A DNA stretch of 64,000 nt from positions 49,973-113,972 of the forward strand of contig QPMI01000589.1 in assembly GCA_004431415.1 (NCBI GenBank), given 5' to 3'. Position 1 is the first letter of the stretch. Every line of letters starts with the position of its first letter. The position numbers and the translations under genes are program-made. The notes under the pieces were generated by a model. That model was not told the origin of the DNA. It searched no databases and worked only from the letters and a program-made list of their open reading frames with translations. This document shows positions 48,358 to 57,498 of this stretch, piece after piece. This DNA is from Cyanophora paradoxa CCMP329 (taxonomy: Eukaryota; Plantae; Glaucophyta).

Positions 48358-48451
48358 CTTTTCAAAGTTCATTCTCCCCTCCCCTTTTCCGAGTTCCGAG
48401 TCCGTTGGCGTTCCCTTTTAAATTTTCTTCATTCTCGTTACACGTTCGAAG

Positions 48452-48931
48452 ATGTCGAGCGCGGTAGAGAAGCTGCTGTGCACCGTGTTCAAATCGGATT
48501 CGCGATGCAGCAAGATCGGCGAGGCGGCGAGGGCTAAGGGCGGGGCGGCGGCGGAGGGGCCCAGGGTGAAGGCGGCGGATCCCGCGCCGCCGTCGCTGAA
48601 AACGATCAAGGGGGCGGGCAAGGGCAGGAGCGTGGGGGCGCTGCCCCTCGTGGCGATCGCGCCGGGGCAGAGGGAGGCGGCGCACGCGGCGACGGCGGCG
48701 CTGGCCGCGCGGCGCCAGGCGGAGGCCTACCCGTGCCTGGGCCGGGGGCTGCACCCGCCGGCCGACCGCCCCTACGCCGTGAGCGCCTACTTCGACGAGG
48801 CCAACCGGCTGAGCTGCCAGGAGCTGTGCGACAACCGCATGCGGCGCGCCGTGGACGGGCACCTGCCGCTGCTGGTGGCGCTGGGCGGCTCGCTCCTGAT
48901 GGTCTGGTACCTGCGCGGCCTGGTCATTTAG
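48452..48931 (+). CDS. Viral protein with a C-terminal TM helix and several Cys
   Basis: LPLLVALGGSLLMVWYL. Confidence 0.6.
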   Translation: MSSAVEKLLCTVFKSDSRCSKIGEAARAKGGAAAEGPRVKAADPAPPSLKTIKGAGKGRSVGALPLVAIAPGQREAAHAATAALAARRQAEAYPCLGRGLHPPADRPYAVSAYFDEANRLSCQELCDNRMRRAVDGHLPLLVALGGSLLMVWYLRGLVI

Positions 48932-48957
48932 ATAGTTTTTCGAAGTCTAGGTCAAAG

Positions 48958-49359
48958 ATGGGCTGGGTGGACGCCGTGCTGACCAAGGTCTTCGGACCGA
49001 AGAGCGCGCAGCCGCCGCCGAGCTTCAACCTGGCCGCGGCGATCAGCACGACGATCGAGCGCAAGAACAACGAGCTCATCCTAAAGAACGACGGCAAGCT
49101 TCCCTGGGCCGACGTGGCCGCGGGCGCACTCGGCAGCACGCTGACGGGAATCGATCGGACGGGCGCCGCGGGCGTGAAGGTCGGGCAGGCGGTTGCGGCC
49201 GTGCCGGAGCTTGCGATGAAGGGCTGGCACTACGCCAAGATCGCCGCCGGCGTCGCCGCCGTGCTCCTTGCGATCTGGCTCGCGTGGCAGCTGCGCGGCG
49301 CCTACCAGGGCGCGCGCCTGCAGAGCGCCCAGCTCGACTATTTTCTAAAGGCTAGGTAA
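48958..49359 (+). CDS. Viral membrane protein (MG start, possibly myristoylated)
   Basis: MGWVDAVLTKVFG..IAAGVAAVLLAIWLAWQL. Confidence 0.65.
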   Translation: MGWVDAVLTKVFGPKSAQPPPSFNLAAAISTTIERKNNELILKNDGKLPWADVAAGALGSTLTGIDRTGAAGVKVGQAVAAVPELAMKGWHYAKIAAGVAAVLLAIWLAWQLRGAYQGARLQSAQLDYFLKAR

Positions 49360-49371
49360 AGCGAGCGAACC

Positions 49372-49746
49372 ATGCGCGGCGGCTCTTCCCCCCGTGTTTC
49401 CTTCGCTGAGAACCCGGTGGCGAACGCAGTCGCCCCTACCCCCCTGGAGCCCGGAGTGAAGCTGGAGCGTGCGAACGCAGTCTCCACCAAGAAGGCCAAG
49501 CGCGCGCTGGCGCTGGAGGTCCCGGTCGCGGAGGATACGGAGAAGGTTGCATTCAACAAGCGCAAGACGTACAAGGCGATACGCGAGGGACAGCTGCTGC
49601 CCACGGACTCGGTTCCCGGGCTGCCGGGCACCACGGCCGGCGAGCTCCTAGTGCGCAACCTGCGCCTGCAGTACGTCTCCCGCCTCCGCCGCTCCAAGGC
49701 CAAGAAGGCGCGCCTGGACTCGGGCGATAGCAGCTCTAGCTCGTAG
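49372..49746 (+). CDS. Basic viral hypothetical protein
   Basis: 124-aa K/R-rich ORF with the upstream motif. Confidence 0.6.
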   Translation: MRGGSSPRVSFAENPVANAVAPTPLEPGVKLERANAVSTKKAKRALALEVPVAEDTEKVAFNKRKTYKAIREGQLLPTDSVPGLPGTTAGELLVRNLRLQYVSRLRRSKAKKARLDSGDSSSSS

Positions 49747-49773
49747 GGCTCTGTACTGTTGTATTCAATGCCT

Positions 49774-50058
49774 TTACCAGTTCCTGTTCCTATCCCAGAG
49801 CACGACTCGGGTGAAGGGCACGGTCATAGCGAACATGAACTCGGCGAACTTTGCAAAGTTCATCAGGGTTCCCAGGCGGGGATCCTCCCAGTAGATCGCC
49901 TCGCGCAGCGCCTCGTAGACGCGCATGAGGGAGCGCTCGTTCTCCGTCGCGAAGGCGTCGCCGGGCTCGTCGGGGTCGGGATCCGTGAGCTCGGAGTACT
50001 CGTCCGAGCTGCCCGCGCTCTCGGCACCTGCGGCGGGGTCGGGCGAGGGGTCGGGCAT
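49774..50058 (-). CDS. Acidic viral hypothetical protein
   Basis: 94-aa ORF with coding-like composition. Confidence 0.55.
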   Translation of the reverse strand: MPDPSPDPAAGAESAGSSDEYSELTDPDPDEPGDAFATENERSLMRVYEALREAIYWEDPRLGTLMNFAKFAEFMFAMTVPFTRVVLWDRNRNW

Positions 50059-50106
50059 TCTTTGCTGGTAGAAGGGTTAGAAGAGGGACCAGAAAATCAC
50101 TAGCAA

Positions 50107-50448
50107 TCACGGGCGCCGGAACTCCATCGAGTCGCCGCGCCAGTACTTGTTGCCGGAGGCGAGCAGCTTCATCGGCTCGCCCGTCGAATCGTGCTTCCAG
50201 GCCTCGCCGTCCCAGAGGGCCGTGCCGCCGTCCTCTAGCTTGAGGCGGTGGCCCGGCTCGAGCCGGTTGCCGTCGAGCATGCGGCCGGCCATGAGCGCCA
50301 GGTCCCACTCGGTGAGGTTGCGCTGCTCTGCGGGGGTGAGGCCGCGCTCGACGCGCTCGGGCTGGCGCGCCTCGCGCTCCATGCGGCTGAGGCCCACCAG
50401 GAAGAAGATGGGCAGCGCAAAGGCCATGAGATCTAGCAGGGCCTCCAT
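50107..50448 (-). CDS. Viral protein with an N-terminal TM helix
   Basis: LMAFALPIFFLVGL; upstream TTTTCTAA. Confidence 0.6.
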   Translation of the reverse strand: MEALLDLMAFALPIFFLVGLSRMEREARQPERVERGLTPAEQRNLTEWDLALMAGRMLDGNRLEPGHRLKLEDGGTALWDGEAWKHDSTGEPMKLLASGNKYWRGDSMEFRRP

Positions 50449-50459
50449 TGAGGAGGGAC

Positions 50460-50747
50460 TTAGAAAAGGTTCCGGACCAGGCCCGAGAGCTGCGGGCCCA
50501 GGCGCCGGGCGGCGTAGTAGAGCGCGGCCGCCGCCGCCGCAAGGATCAGAAGGCGCGGCGGGCCGCGCGCCGGCTCCTCCAGGGTCAGGTCCACGGTCTC
50601 CGGCCCGCGCGCCGGAGCCGCCAGGATCTCGGGCTCGGAGCAGAGGGACTTGGGCCCGCGGCGGCGGCGCTGCTTGGGCGCCGAGGCGGCGGCGGTGAGA
50701 AGGTCCTCAGGCTCCTGCTTGATACCTGCGCAATCGGTGAAGTCCAT
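50460..50747 (-). CDS. Small viral protein with a C-terminal TM helix
   Basis: MDFTDCAG..RLLILAAAAAALYYAARR. Confidence 0.55.
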   Translation of the reverse strand: MDFTDCAGIKQEPEDLLTAAASAPKQRRRRGPKSLCSEPEILAAPARGPETVDLTLEEPARGPPRLLILAAAAAALYYAARRLGPQLSGLVRNLF

Positions 50748-50815
50748 GCTTGCTGGGTACCTTGGAAAATTGTGGGAGGCGTCCGGAGTGTGCGAACGTA
50801 GCTCCAATGGGATTT

Positions 50816-51480
50816 GCGTCATTTACGTCCGCGTCATTTACGTCACGGAGTTTGCCGGCGACTCGGGACTCGGGCCCAACTTCTCCCGGTAAGTTCGAGA
50901 CTTGAACTCGGCGGGGGTACCCCCCGGTGTCCTAGTGTCCTAGTGTCCTAGTGCTACTAGCTAGGTGGTATCGATATCTAGCTAGCTAGCGCTAGCGCTT
51001 GCTTAATTAATTAACCTGAAGGGTCGCGTCATTTACGTCAGCGTCATTTACGTCACGGAGTTTGCCGGCGACTCGGGACTCGGGCCCAACTTCTCCCGGT
51101 AAGTTCGTCACGACCAGTAGCTACTAGTACCGCTAGTACTACGTAGTACTACTTAGTACTACTTGGTACTACTTAGTACTACTAGCTTAGTACTAGTAGC
51201 CACCGATACTGGTACAGCTTTTATAGATTTAAGCATTCATTCAATGTGAATAACGATAATAGTAATAATAATAACGATAAGTAATAGGGATACCCTATTT
51301 TTCCAAGTCTCGAACTTACCGGGAGAAGTTGGGCCCGAGTCCCGAGTCGCCGGCAAACTCCGTGACGTAAATGACGCTGACGTAAATGACGCGACCCTTC
51401 GGTAACCTCCGCAACCCTTCAGGTAAATGTCAGGTAACTTCAGTTGAGTTAATTAAGCAAGCGCTAGCTAGCTAGATATC
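50816..51480. repeat. Non-coding inverted-repeat locus with TGACG iterons and an AT-rich core
   Basis: Perfect 90-bp inverted repeat 51018-51107 / 51311-51400; extra direct copy at 50816-50904; outer imperfect arms at ~50973-51010 / 51449-51480. Confidence 0.92.
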
Positions 51481-51889
51481 ACAGCTCTACCTTGCCCAAG
51501 TTGATGGTATCTAGCAGGGCCTGCTCCTCCAAGTCTGCACCGCCGCCGCCGCCCAGCGCTAGCGCTAGCTCGATACCGCCTCCGGCCTTGATCTCCCTTG
51601 GCTCCAGCCACCTGAGGGGCTCAGGCCACCTCCTCCTGGTGAAGCCGGTATCGTTGCTCTTGTCCAGCTTGAGGTAGCGGTAGGGCGCCGGCGCCGGCCA
51701 GTCCGGCCTGTGGCCGCTTGCCTCCTTGGCTATGTCCTTGGGCCTACGCGGTCGCAGGTCCGCCTTGGCCTTCGCCCTCTGCAAGGGGCCCAGCGCCTTG
51801 AACTTCGGTGCCTTGGTCGCCGGCAGGGCCTTCGGCTGGGGCTTCACCGCCTTCGGCTGCTGAGGCCTTAGCTGCTTCGATTTCGGCAT
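51479..51889 (-). CDS. Basic Lys/Pro-rich viral protein
   Basis: 136-aa ORF overlapping the 3' part of the upstream ORF; upstream TTTTCTCA. Confidence 0.45.
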   Translation of the reverse strand: MPKSKQLRPQQPKAVKPQPKALPATKAPKFKALGPLQRAKAKADLRPRRPKDIAKEASGHRPDWPAPAPYRYLKLDKSNDTGFTRRRWPEPLRWLEPREIKAGGGIELALALGGGGGADLEEQALLDTINLGKVEL

Positions 51890-52127
51890 ACTTCTTGCTC
51901 ATAAATGAGAAAAGCGCCTCGAAGTCGGCCTTTATCTCCTCCTTGGTCCAGGATGTCACCTGATCCGGGTCACCTGAGAACGGCGCATCGAACGCCACGT
52001 GGAGCGATTTGCAGGCCTGAGCTATCATTGGCTCGGGCCAGGCCAGCTCGATCAGCTGAAGGTAGATGTTCAGGGCCTTGTCGAGCTTGGCGCCCTGAGA
52101 GACTAGCTGGGAGATAGCGGGCTCCAT
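51744..52127 (-). CDS. Viral hypothetical protein
   Basis: 127-aa helical ORF; upstream ATTTTCTAAA. Confidence 0.55.
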   Translation of the reverse strand: MEPAISQLVSQGAKLDKALNIYLQLIELAWPEPMIAQACKSLHVAFDAPFSGDPDQVTSWTKEEIKADFEALFSFMSKKYAEIEAAKASAAEGGEAPAEGPAGDQGTEVQGAGPLAEGEGQGGPATA

Positions 52128-52212
52128 GGTACAGCAGAGCTTTAGAAAATGGCGCCAAGTCCAAGTCCTTTTTTACGGGCGAGGCCTGGGCCGGGGGCCA
52201 GGGCCGAGTCCC

Positions 52213-52264
52213 AACTCCGTGACGTAAATGACGCTGACGTAAATGACGCGGACGTAAATGACGC
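52213..52264. promoter_or_regulatory. Tandem GACGTAAATGACG array in a divergent intergenic region
   Basis: Three tandem units, same motif as in the 51-kb inverted repeat. Confidence 0.6.
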
Positions 52265-52389
52265 CGAATTTTCAAGTTGCCCTCACCTGAAACTCAGCTG
52301 AGCGCTCACCTGACCCTCACCTGAACGGCCTCAAAACCGCAGCCCCGCCGCGCCCTCTCCTCACACTTCAAAGCCAAGAGAAATCAAGA

Positions 52390-52659
52390 ATGTGCATCCC
52401 CACGTACTTCACCTGCTGTCTCACCTTCGGCATCTTCGCATACGTCATATACGACGATGAGTTCGACCGAAACACGTTCTACTTCTGCAAGCTCCTTCGC
52501 GACATTTCGTCGGAGCACCGCAAGGGCGATGAGTATGATTGGATTCAACTGCTCCCCCTCAAGAACGAGATCGTACTGTGGAGAGAGAAGTGCATTGTAG
52601 GCAGGTTCAAGATTAGCTCGATTCGTGTAGCCGTCGTAGAGGATCTGATGGTGAATTGA
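52390..52659 (+). CDS. Small viral hypothetical protein
   Basis: 89-aa ORF with lower GC and a hydrophobic N-terminus. Confidence 0.45.
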   Translation: MCIPTYFTCCLTFGIFAYVIYDDEFDRNTFYFCKLLRDISSEHRKGDEYDWIQLLPLKNEIVLWREKCIVGRFKISSIRVAVVEDLMVN

Positions 52660-52774
52660 ACACGTGTTTTACCTGAATCACCTGAGCGCTCACCCGAGGT
52701 CAGCTGAAGTCGGGTGGGGCGCCCTTAAATATTTTCTAGCGCTAGGCTGAAGCACACTCTAAGCTAACGCAAAC

Positions 52775-53557
52775 ATGGCCACCGTCCGCAACGCCAACGA
52801 GATCGACCCCGCCAAGCTCGCCTTCGAGATCGACGCCACCGGCCGCATCAAGGCCAAGTACGACGGCCTGCAGGGCCTCATGATGTACGCGCCGCCCATG
52901 GTCACGATCAACCCGTGCATCAACACAGAGCAAGGCAAGGCGTGGAGCGACGAGAAGAAGGCCTTCGTCATGGAAGAAAACGGCGGATTTTACACGCTGG
53001 ACCTCACCGATCTCAGCGCCGTCGACGGCCAGACGAACCCAGCCGCGGACGAGTTCCTCAAGCTGCTGGAGGCCCTGGACGCGAAATTCTGCGAGTTCGT
53101 GCAGCAGAACCAGGCCAAGCTCAAGGTCTCGCCCGGCCGCTCCCTCTCCAAGGATCAGATCTCGGTGCTGCAGACCCCCAGCGTGCGCATCAAGGTCGAC
53201 AAGGAGTCGGGCCAGGCCTTCTACAAGTACCTCAACATGCGCATCCGCACCCAGACGATGGCGGGCAAGCGCAAGACCGTGCCCGTCGTCGACATGTCCA
53301 ACTACCTCATCACCGAGCGCGCCACCATCGGCACCGGAGACCTGGTGGCGGCGCTCATTAAAATCGACACCGCCTACGCCATCCCCGAGGGCAAGTTCGG
53401 CCTCAAGTGGTCCTTCCTCGCCGTGCAGCAGTGCAAGGTCGGCGCCTTTCGCTTCGCCGGGCGCGCCCCCGAGCTGGCCTTCAAGCCCTACGACAACGAG
53501 GCCGATTTCGAGCCCTACCTAAACCCCGAGTCTATGTACGCAGCCCCCATGCAGTAG
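52775..53557 (+). CDS. NCLDV-type OB-fold single-stranded DNA-binding protein (T7 gp2.5-like)
   Basis: YTLDL..EFLKLLEALDAKF..GDLVAALIKIDTAY..GKFGLKWSFLAVQ and an acidic/aromatic tail. Confidence 0.75.
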   Translation: MATVRNANEIDPAKLAFEIDATGRIKAKYDGLQGLMMYAPPMVTINPCINTEQGKAWSDEKKAFVMEENGGFYTLDLTDLSAVDGQTNPAADEFLKLLEALDAKFCEFVQQNQAKLKVSPGRSLSKDQISVLQTPSVRIKVDKESGQAFYKYLNMRIRTQTMAGKRKTVPVVDMSNYLITERATIGTGDLVAALIKIDTAYAIPEGKFGLKWSFLAVQQCKVGAFRFAGRAPELAFKPYDNEADFEPYLNPESMYAAPMQ

Positions 53558-53610
53558 CTCGGACGAATAAATTGTGAATTTTTGGTGCAATTGATTACAC
53601 GCGTTTACAC

Positions 53611-54413
53611 TCAAAGGCCGTTGAACTTGCCGCCCACCGCCCTGGGCTCCGCCGCCGTCGAGGCCGCCGCCTCCGTCACCTCCTTCATTACCTCCGGGTT
53701 CGCGTTCGCCGCGTGCACCGCCAGCACCGTCTGCACCAGGGCCATCCCCAGGCGCGCCTCGGGCCCCAGGGTCACGTAGCGCGAGTACTTAATCACCAGC
53801 TCCTCTAAGATCGGCTGCACCTGGTCCATCGAAGAGAGCGTCGCCTGCCCGAGCCCGTCGAGCTTCAGGCCGATCGGATCGTACGCCTTGTTCAGGTGCT
53901 CCAGCGAGTGCATGCCCGCGATCAGAAAGAGGCGCGCCGCCTCCAGCGAACCCCGCGTGCTCAGCTCGCGCTGAATCTCCTCGTACTCTTCCTTCAGCTC
54001 GTCCAGCGGCGTGGCCAGGCTCAGCTTCTTCGTGGACGTAAGCTCGCCCCCGAACGAGCGCCGGTACTGCGCGATCTGTCGCAGGACCTGCTTCTTCTCG
54101 TCCACGTCCACCTGCGCCTCGTCCCGCGGCCGCTCCTGCAGGTCGATTCCCAGCGCCTTTTTCACGCTCTGCTCCTTCTTCTTCGTCATTTCGATGTGCT
54201 CCTGCACGCTGAAGCCCGCGCCCTTGCTCGGCGCCGTCGGCGGCACCGCGGGCCCGTCGCCCGGCAGCGCCATCCTGTCGGCCTTCGGCGCCTTCTCCCC
54301 TTTTCCTTGCCCTCCTTCGCGGGGCGGCCCTTCTTCCGGGGCTGCGGGATTCCCACGGGGTTCGGCCCGTCCACGGCCAGCGCCTCGAAGCCAAGCATCG
54401 CCGAGGGGTCCAT
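53611..54413 (-). CDS. Conserved NCLDV protein (DUF5767 / PBCV-1 A488R-like); probable frameshift near 54300
   Basis: EKKQVLRQI..LDELKEEY..LEHLNKAYDPIGLKLDG..ILEELVIKY..GPEARL pattern. Confidence 0.65.
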
Positions 54414-54442
54414 CCTTTACGCCTGCCCCTTAGAAATATTTT

Positions 54443-54772
54443 TCACTCCGAGGTCAGCTCGACGAAGAGCTCGATGTAAAGCCAGAGCTTCTCGCGCAGC
54501 TCGGGCCCGCTGCCGTAGAAGAGCGAGCGCACGGCCGAGGCGTACTCCTGCGGCAGCCTCTCGAAAACCGAGTCGTCCTTCGCCTTGATCAATTCCGCCT
54601 CCGCGTTGATGTGCCTCCTGAACAGAACGATGACCGCCGTGGCCCCGATGCCGCGCAGCGACTGGATCTGCGCCCGCACCCCCGGCTCCTTGGCCTCCGG
54701 CTCCAGCAGGTCGAGGAAGCGGCCCCAGCGCGCCTCGATTTGCTCGCCCAGCGTCGCCTCCGTCGCAGCCAT
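54443..54772 (-). CDS. Viral hypothetical protein
   Basis: 109 aa ending REKLWLYIELFVELTSE; upstream motif present. Confidence 0.65.
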   Translation of the reverse strand: MAATEATLGEQIEARWGRFLDLLEPEAKEPGVRAQIQSLRGIGATAVIVLFRRHINAEAELIKAKDDSVFERLPQEYASAVRSLFYGSGPELREKLWLYIELFVELTSE

Positions 54773-54791
54773 GCTACGCGTGCTTCAGAAA

Positions 54792-55988
54792 TTAGCGTCC
54801 GCCGCTGCCGCTGCCGCTGCCGCTGCCGCTGCCGCCGCCGCTGCCGCTGCCGCCGCCGCTGCCGCCGCCGCCGAGGAGGGCGTTTGCCGCTTGCTCGTAC
54901 ATTGCCGCCTTGCGCGCGCTGGTCTCGCGGAGGAGGGTGGCCTGCGCGGTCTCGGTGCCCTTCACGAGAGCCTGGAAGGCGGTTTGAATCGTGGTCTGGC
55001 TGCGCTCACCGGTGCCTGCCATTCCGGCGACGGTTCCCAGGCCCCGCAGCCCCGCAATCGAGCCTAACGTTGCGGTATCCGCATAGGGTCGGCTTCCTAC
55101 GGCCGGATTCACGACGGCCGGCAGCAGGTTCTGGTCCGCGTACGGCGTCGCCGTCGCCAGCGCGGGCCCGCGCGTGCCGACCTGATCCATGAGCATCGCC
55201 CCGAACGGGTTGCCCCGGCTGAAGTCCACGTCGTTGCGCCCGTAGGGCTTGTTGACGGCGCTGCTGATGTTGGCCGTCTGCGCGTTGAACATGGGCGAGA
55301 GGTCGGGGGTGTAGCCCGCGCGCAGCCCCTGGGGGTTCTCCGTCGTCTGCCCGTAGCGGCCGGCCGGCCCGAGCAGGTTCTCCTTCTCGATCTCTTCCAT
55401 CGTCTTGATCCAGCCGCGCTCGCGCGCCCACTTCATGACGAGATCATCGTAGTTCATCGGGAAGAAAACCTTCTGGTACTTGTCGAAGCGCTGAATTTCG
55501 ATATCCTGCTCGATCATGTTTGTAATTCGCTCCAGCAGCTCGGGGTAATATTCCTCGAGCATTTTGGCGACGCCCGGCTGCTTCAGGTCGAAGGCCGTCA
55601 TCGCCCACTGGTCGAAATCGCGAATCATGATTTCCTTCCGCAGCACGAACGCATTCTCGACGTCCTCCTCGCTGATCTGTCGGCTGGGGTAGGTGTTCTG
55701 CAGCTGCTGTCGGATGCCCATGCGCATCAGCTTCTCCATGGAGGGCGTGTACTTCATCGCGGGCAGGGTCTTCGTATTCCCCCCGCTGAGCCCCAGGCCA
55801 CGTGCCTGATCCTCGGGCGTGTAGACGTCCGCCTTTGTCCCATCTACGACGGGCACCTCGGGCATGACCGTGCCCGGAAGGAACTTGTTCACGATGCCGT
55901 CCATGTCGGCCTTCAGGTCGTTCTTCAGCGACTGGCGCTGCTTCTTAGAGCCCTCCCCAATGTCCATCATAGAGTGGCCCTTCGTCAT
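54792..55988 (-). CDS. Putative virion protein with a Gly/Ser tail
   Basis: 398-aa ORF immediately downstream of the MCP; helical core DFDQWAMTAFDLKQP..LEEYYPELLER. Confidence 0.7.
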   Translation of the reverse strand: MTKGHSMMDIGEGSKKQRQSLKNDLKADMDGIVNKFLPGTVMPEVPVVDGTKADVYTPEDQARGLGLSGGNTKTLPAMKYTPSMEKLMRMGIRQQLQNTYPSRQISEEDVENAFVLRKEIMIRDFDQWAMTAFDLKQPGVAKMLEEYYPELLERITNMIEQDIEIQRFDKYQKVFFPMNYDDLVMKWARERGWIKTMEEIEKENLLGPAGRYGQTTENPQGLRAGYTPDLSPMFNAQTANISSAVNKPYGRNDVDFSRGNPFGAMLMDQVGTRGPALATATPYADQNLLPAVVNPAVGSRPYADTATLGSIAGLRGLGTVAGMAGTGERSQTTIQTAFQALVKGTETAQATLLRETSARKAAMYEQAANALLGGGGSGGGSGSGGGSGSGSGSGSGGR

Positions 55989-56067
55989 CGTGCCTCGGTT
56001 AGGATCCCAGTGGGAAAATTTATTGGTTCACATCGGCCTACCAAGCACACCCTGGCTAACAAGCAAT

Positions 56068-57456
56068 CTAATGGAAGCGGCGGTAGGCGCCGCCGTTGGT
56101 GAAGGTGATCTCGTTGTAGTAGCGGCAGTAGATGTCGGCCACGGGCAGGTTGGGTGCCGTGTAGGTCTTGAGCGTGGTGAGCGTGAGCTCGATGGTCTTG
56201 AAGGCGCCCATGTCGAGGCCGCCGAACATCTTGGTGTTGTCCGCCACGTCCGTGCCGAAGGGGAGCGAGTAGATGAACTCCGTCCCGAACTGGCCCACGT
56301 TGCGGGGCTGGATATCGCTGCTGTGGGCGTCGTGGGCCGCAAGGGTCACGTTCCCCGTGGTCCCCGGCACGTTATCGTGCCCCGACCACGGGTGCGGGTG
56401 CAGCGCGTCGGCCACGTCGGCGGCCGCCGTCCCGTCCATCGAGGTCACGCCCCGCAGCAGCTCGAGGTGCTTGCGCGTGGGGGCGTGCGTGTGCTCCTTG
56501 TGCGCGATGGCCGTGCGCAAAAAGTGCGCATCGTGGTTCGAGCTGTCGACCACCTTGATGTTGTCGCACTTCAGCTCGATCTTGTCGAGCGGGCGGAAGC
56601 GCCAGAAGTGCTCGCCGTTGTCGGTGTGCGGCTTGTCGCGCACCACCACGATCAGCTCGTAGCAGATCCCCGTGAAGGGCAGGCGGATGGCGGCGCCCGA
56701 CGTGAACTGGACGTGGTAGTGCTGCACGTACTTGCCGGCCCACGTGAACGAGTTCGGGTGCAGCGCCAGCTCGCGCGAGTCGATGTGCACGTAGCGCAGG
56801 ATGAGCTTGGTGTCCAGGCTGACGCTGCTCGTCAGGCTGGTGTTCGTGTGCAGGCCGCCGTCCACGAAGGAGGCCGTCACCTCCTTCTGCGACGCAAAGG
56901 TGATCTGCAGCTTCATCTCGTTGCCGGTCCCGCGGATCTTGTGGAGGGGCACGGCGAACTTTCGACCGAAGCCCGTCGCGATGCGGATCGGCACGTACAG
57001 CGTGTTCGGGGCCTTGCCCCGGCGGCGCAGCGGCTGGTGCGCCCAGAGGTTGTTCACCATGTCGACGTGCTCGGTGACGGACTTGTCGTCCTCGAACTCG
57101 CCGTAGATGGCGTCGTGGTGGCCGTCGTACTCGTGGATCAGCTGCGTGCCCACGAAGATCTTCACCTTCTTGAGCAGCACGTAGCCGGCCTTCGGGATGT
57201 AGAAGTGGTCGGCGTTCGTCAGCGCCGGCAGCGTCACCCGGAGCCAGGCGTCGTTGAACATCGGCGCCGAGTGCGGGATGACGATGTCGACGGTCTGGCC
57301 GAAGGTGACGCCCGACTGCACGGGGCTCACCTCGAGCACCTCGTCCACGAACGGCATCGCCGTGTCGAAGGTCTCGTGCACGTGCACCGACGCGTCGGAG
57401 CTGCGCAGCGAGTGGTGCAGGGCGGTCGTGGGGGTGGAGATGAGCGCGGAAGCCAT
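56068..57456 (-). CDS. Double-jelly-roll major capsid protein, NCLDV-type
   Basis: TFGQTVDIVIP..WLRVTLPAL..GYVLLKKVKIFVGTQLIHEYDG, TLYVPI, FIYSLPF..GGLDM, YCRYYNEITFTNG; 462 aa. Confidence 0.9.
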   Translation of the reverse strand: MASALISTPTTALHHSLRSSDASVHVHETFDTAMPFVDEVLEVSPVQSGVTFGQTVDIVIPHSAPMFNDAWLRVTLPALTNADHFYIPKAGYVLLKKVKIFVGTQLIHEYDGHHDAIYGEFEDDKSVTEHVDMVNNLWAHQPLRRRGKAPNTLYVPIRIATGFGRKFAVPLHKIRGTGNEMKLQITFASQKEVTASFVDGGLHTNTSLTSSVSLDTKLILRYVHIDSRELALHPNSFTWAGKYVQHYHVQFTSGAAIRLPFTGICYELIVVVRDKPHTDNGEHFWRFRPLDKIELKCDNIKVVDSSNHDAHFLRTAIAHKEHTHAPTRKHLELLRGVTSMDGTAAADVADALHPHPWSGHDNVPGTTGNVTLAAHDAHSSDIQPRNVGQFGTEFIYSLPFGTDVADNTKMFGGLDMGAFKTIELTLTTLKTYTAPNLPVADIYCRYYNEITFTNGGAYRRFH

Positions 57457-57498
57457 GGTGGTTTAGGGATGCGTTGAGAAAATTTTTTGGGTGGACGC

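Noticed and set aside
55864-57477. 537-aa + strand ORF
   Set aside because: Antisense to the major capsid gene; explained by strong GC3 codon bias
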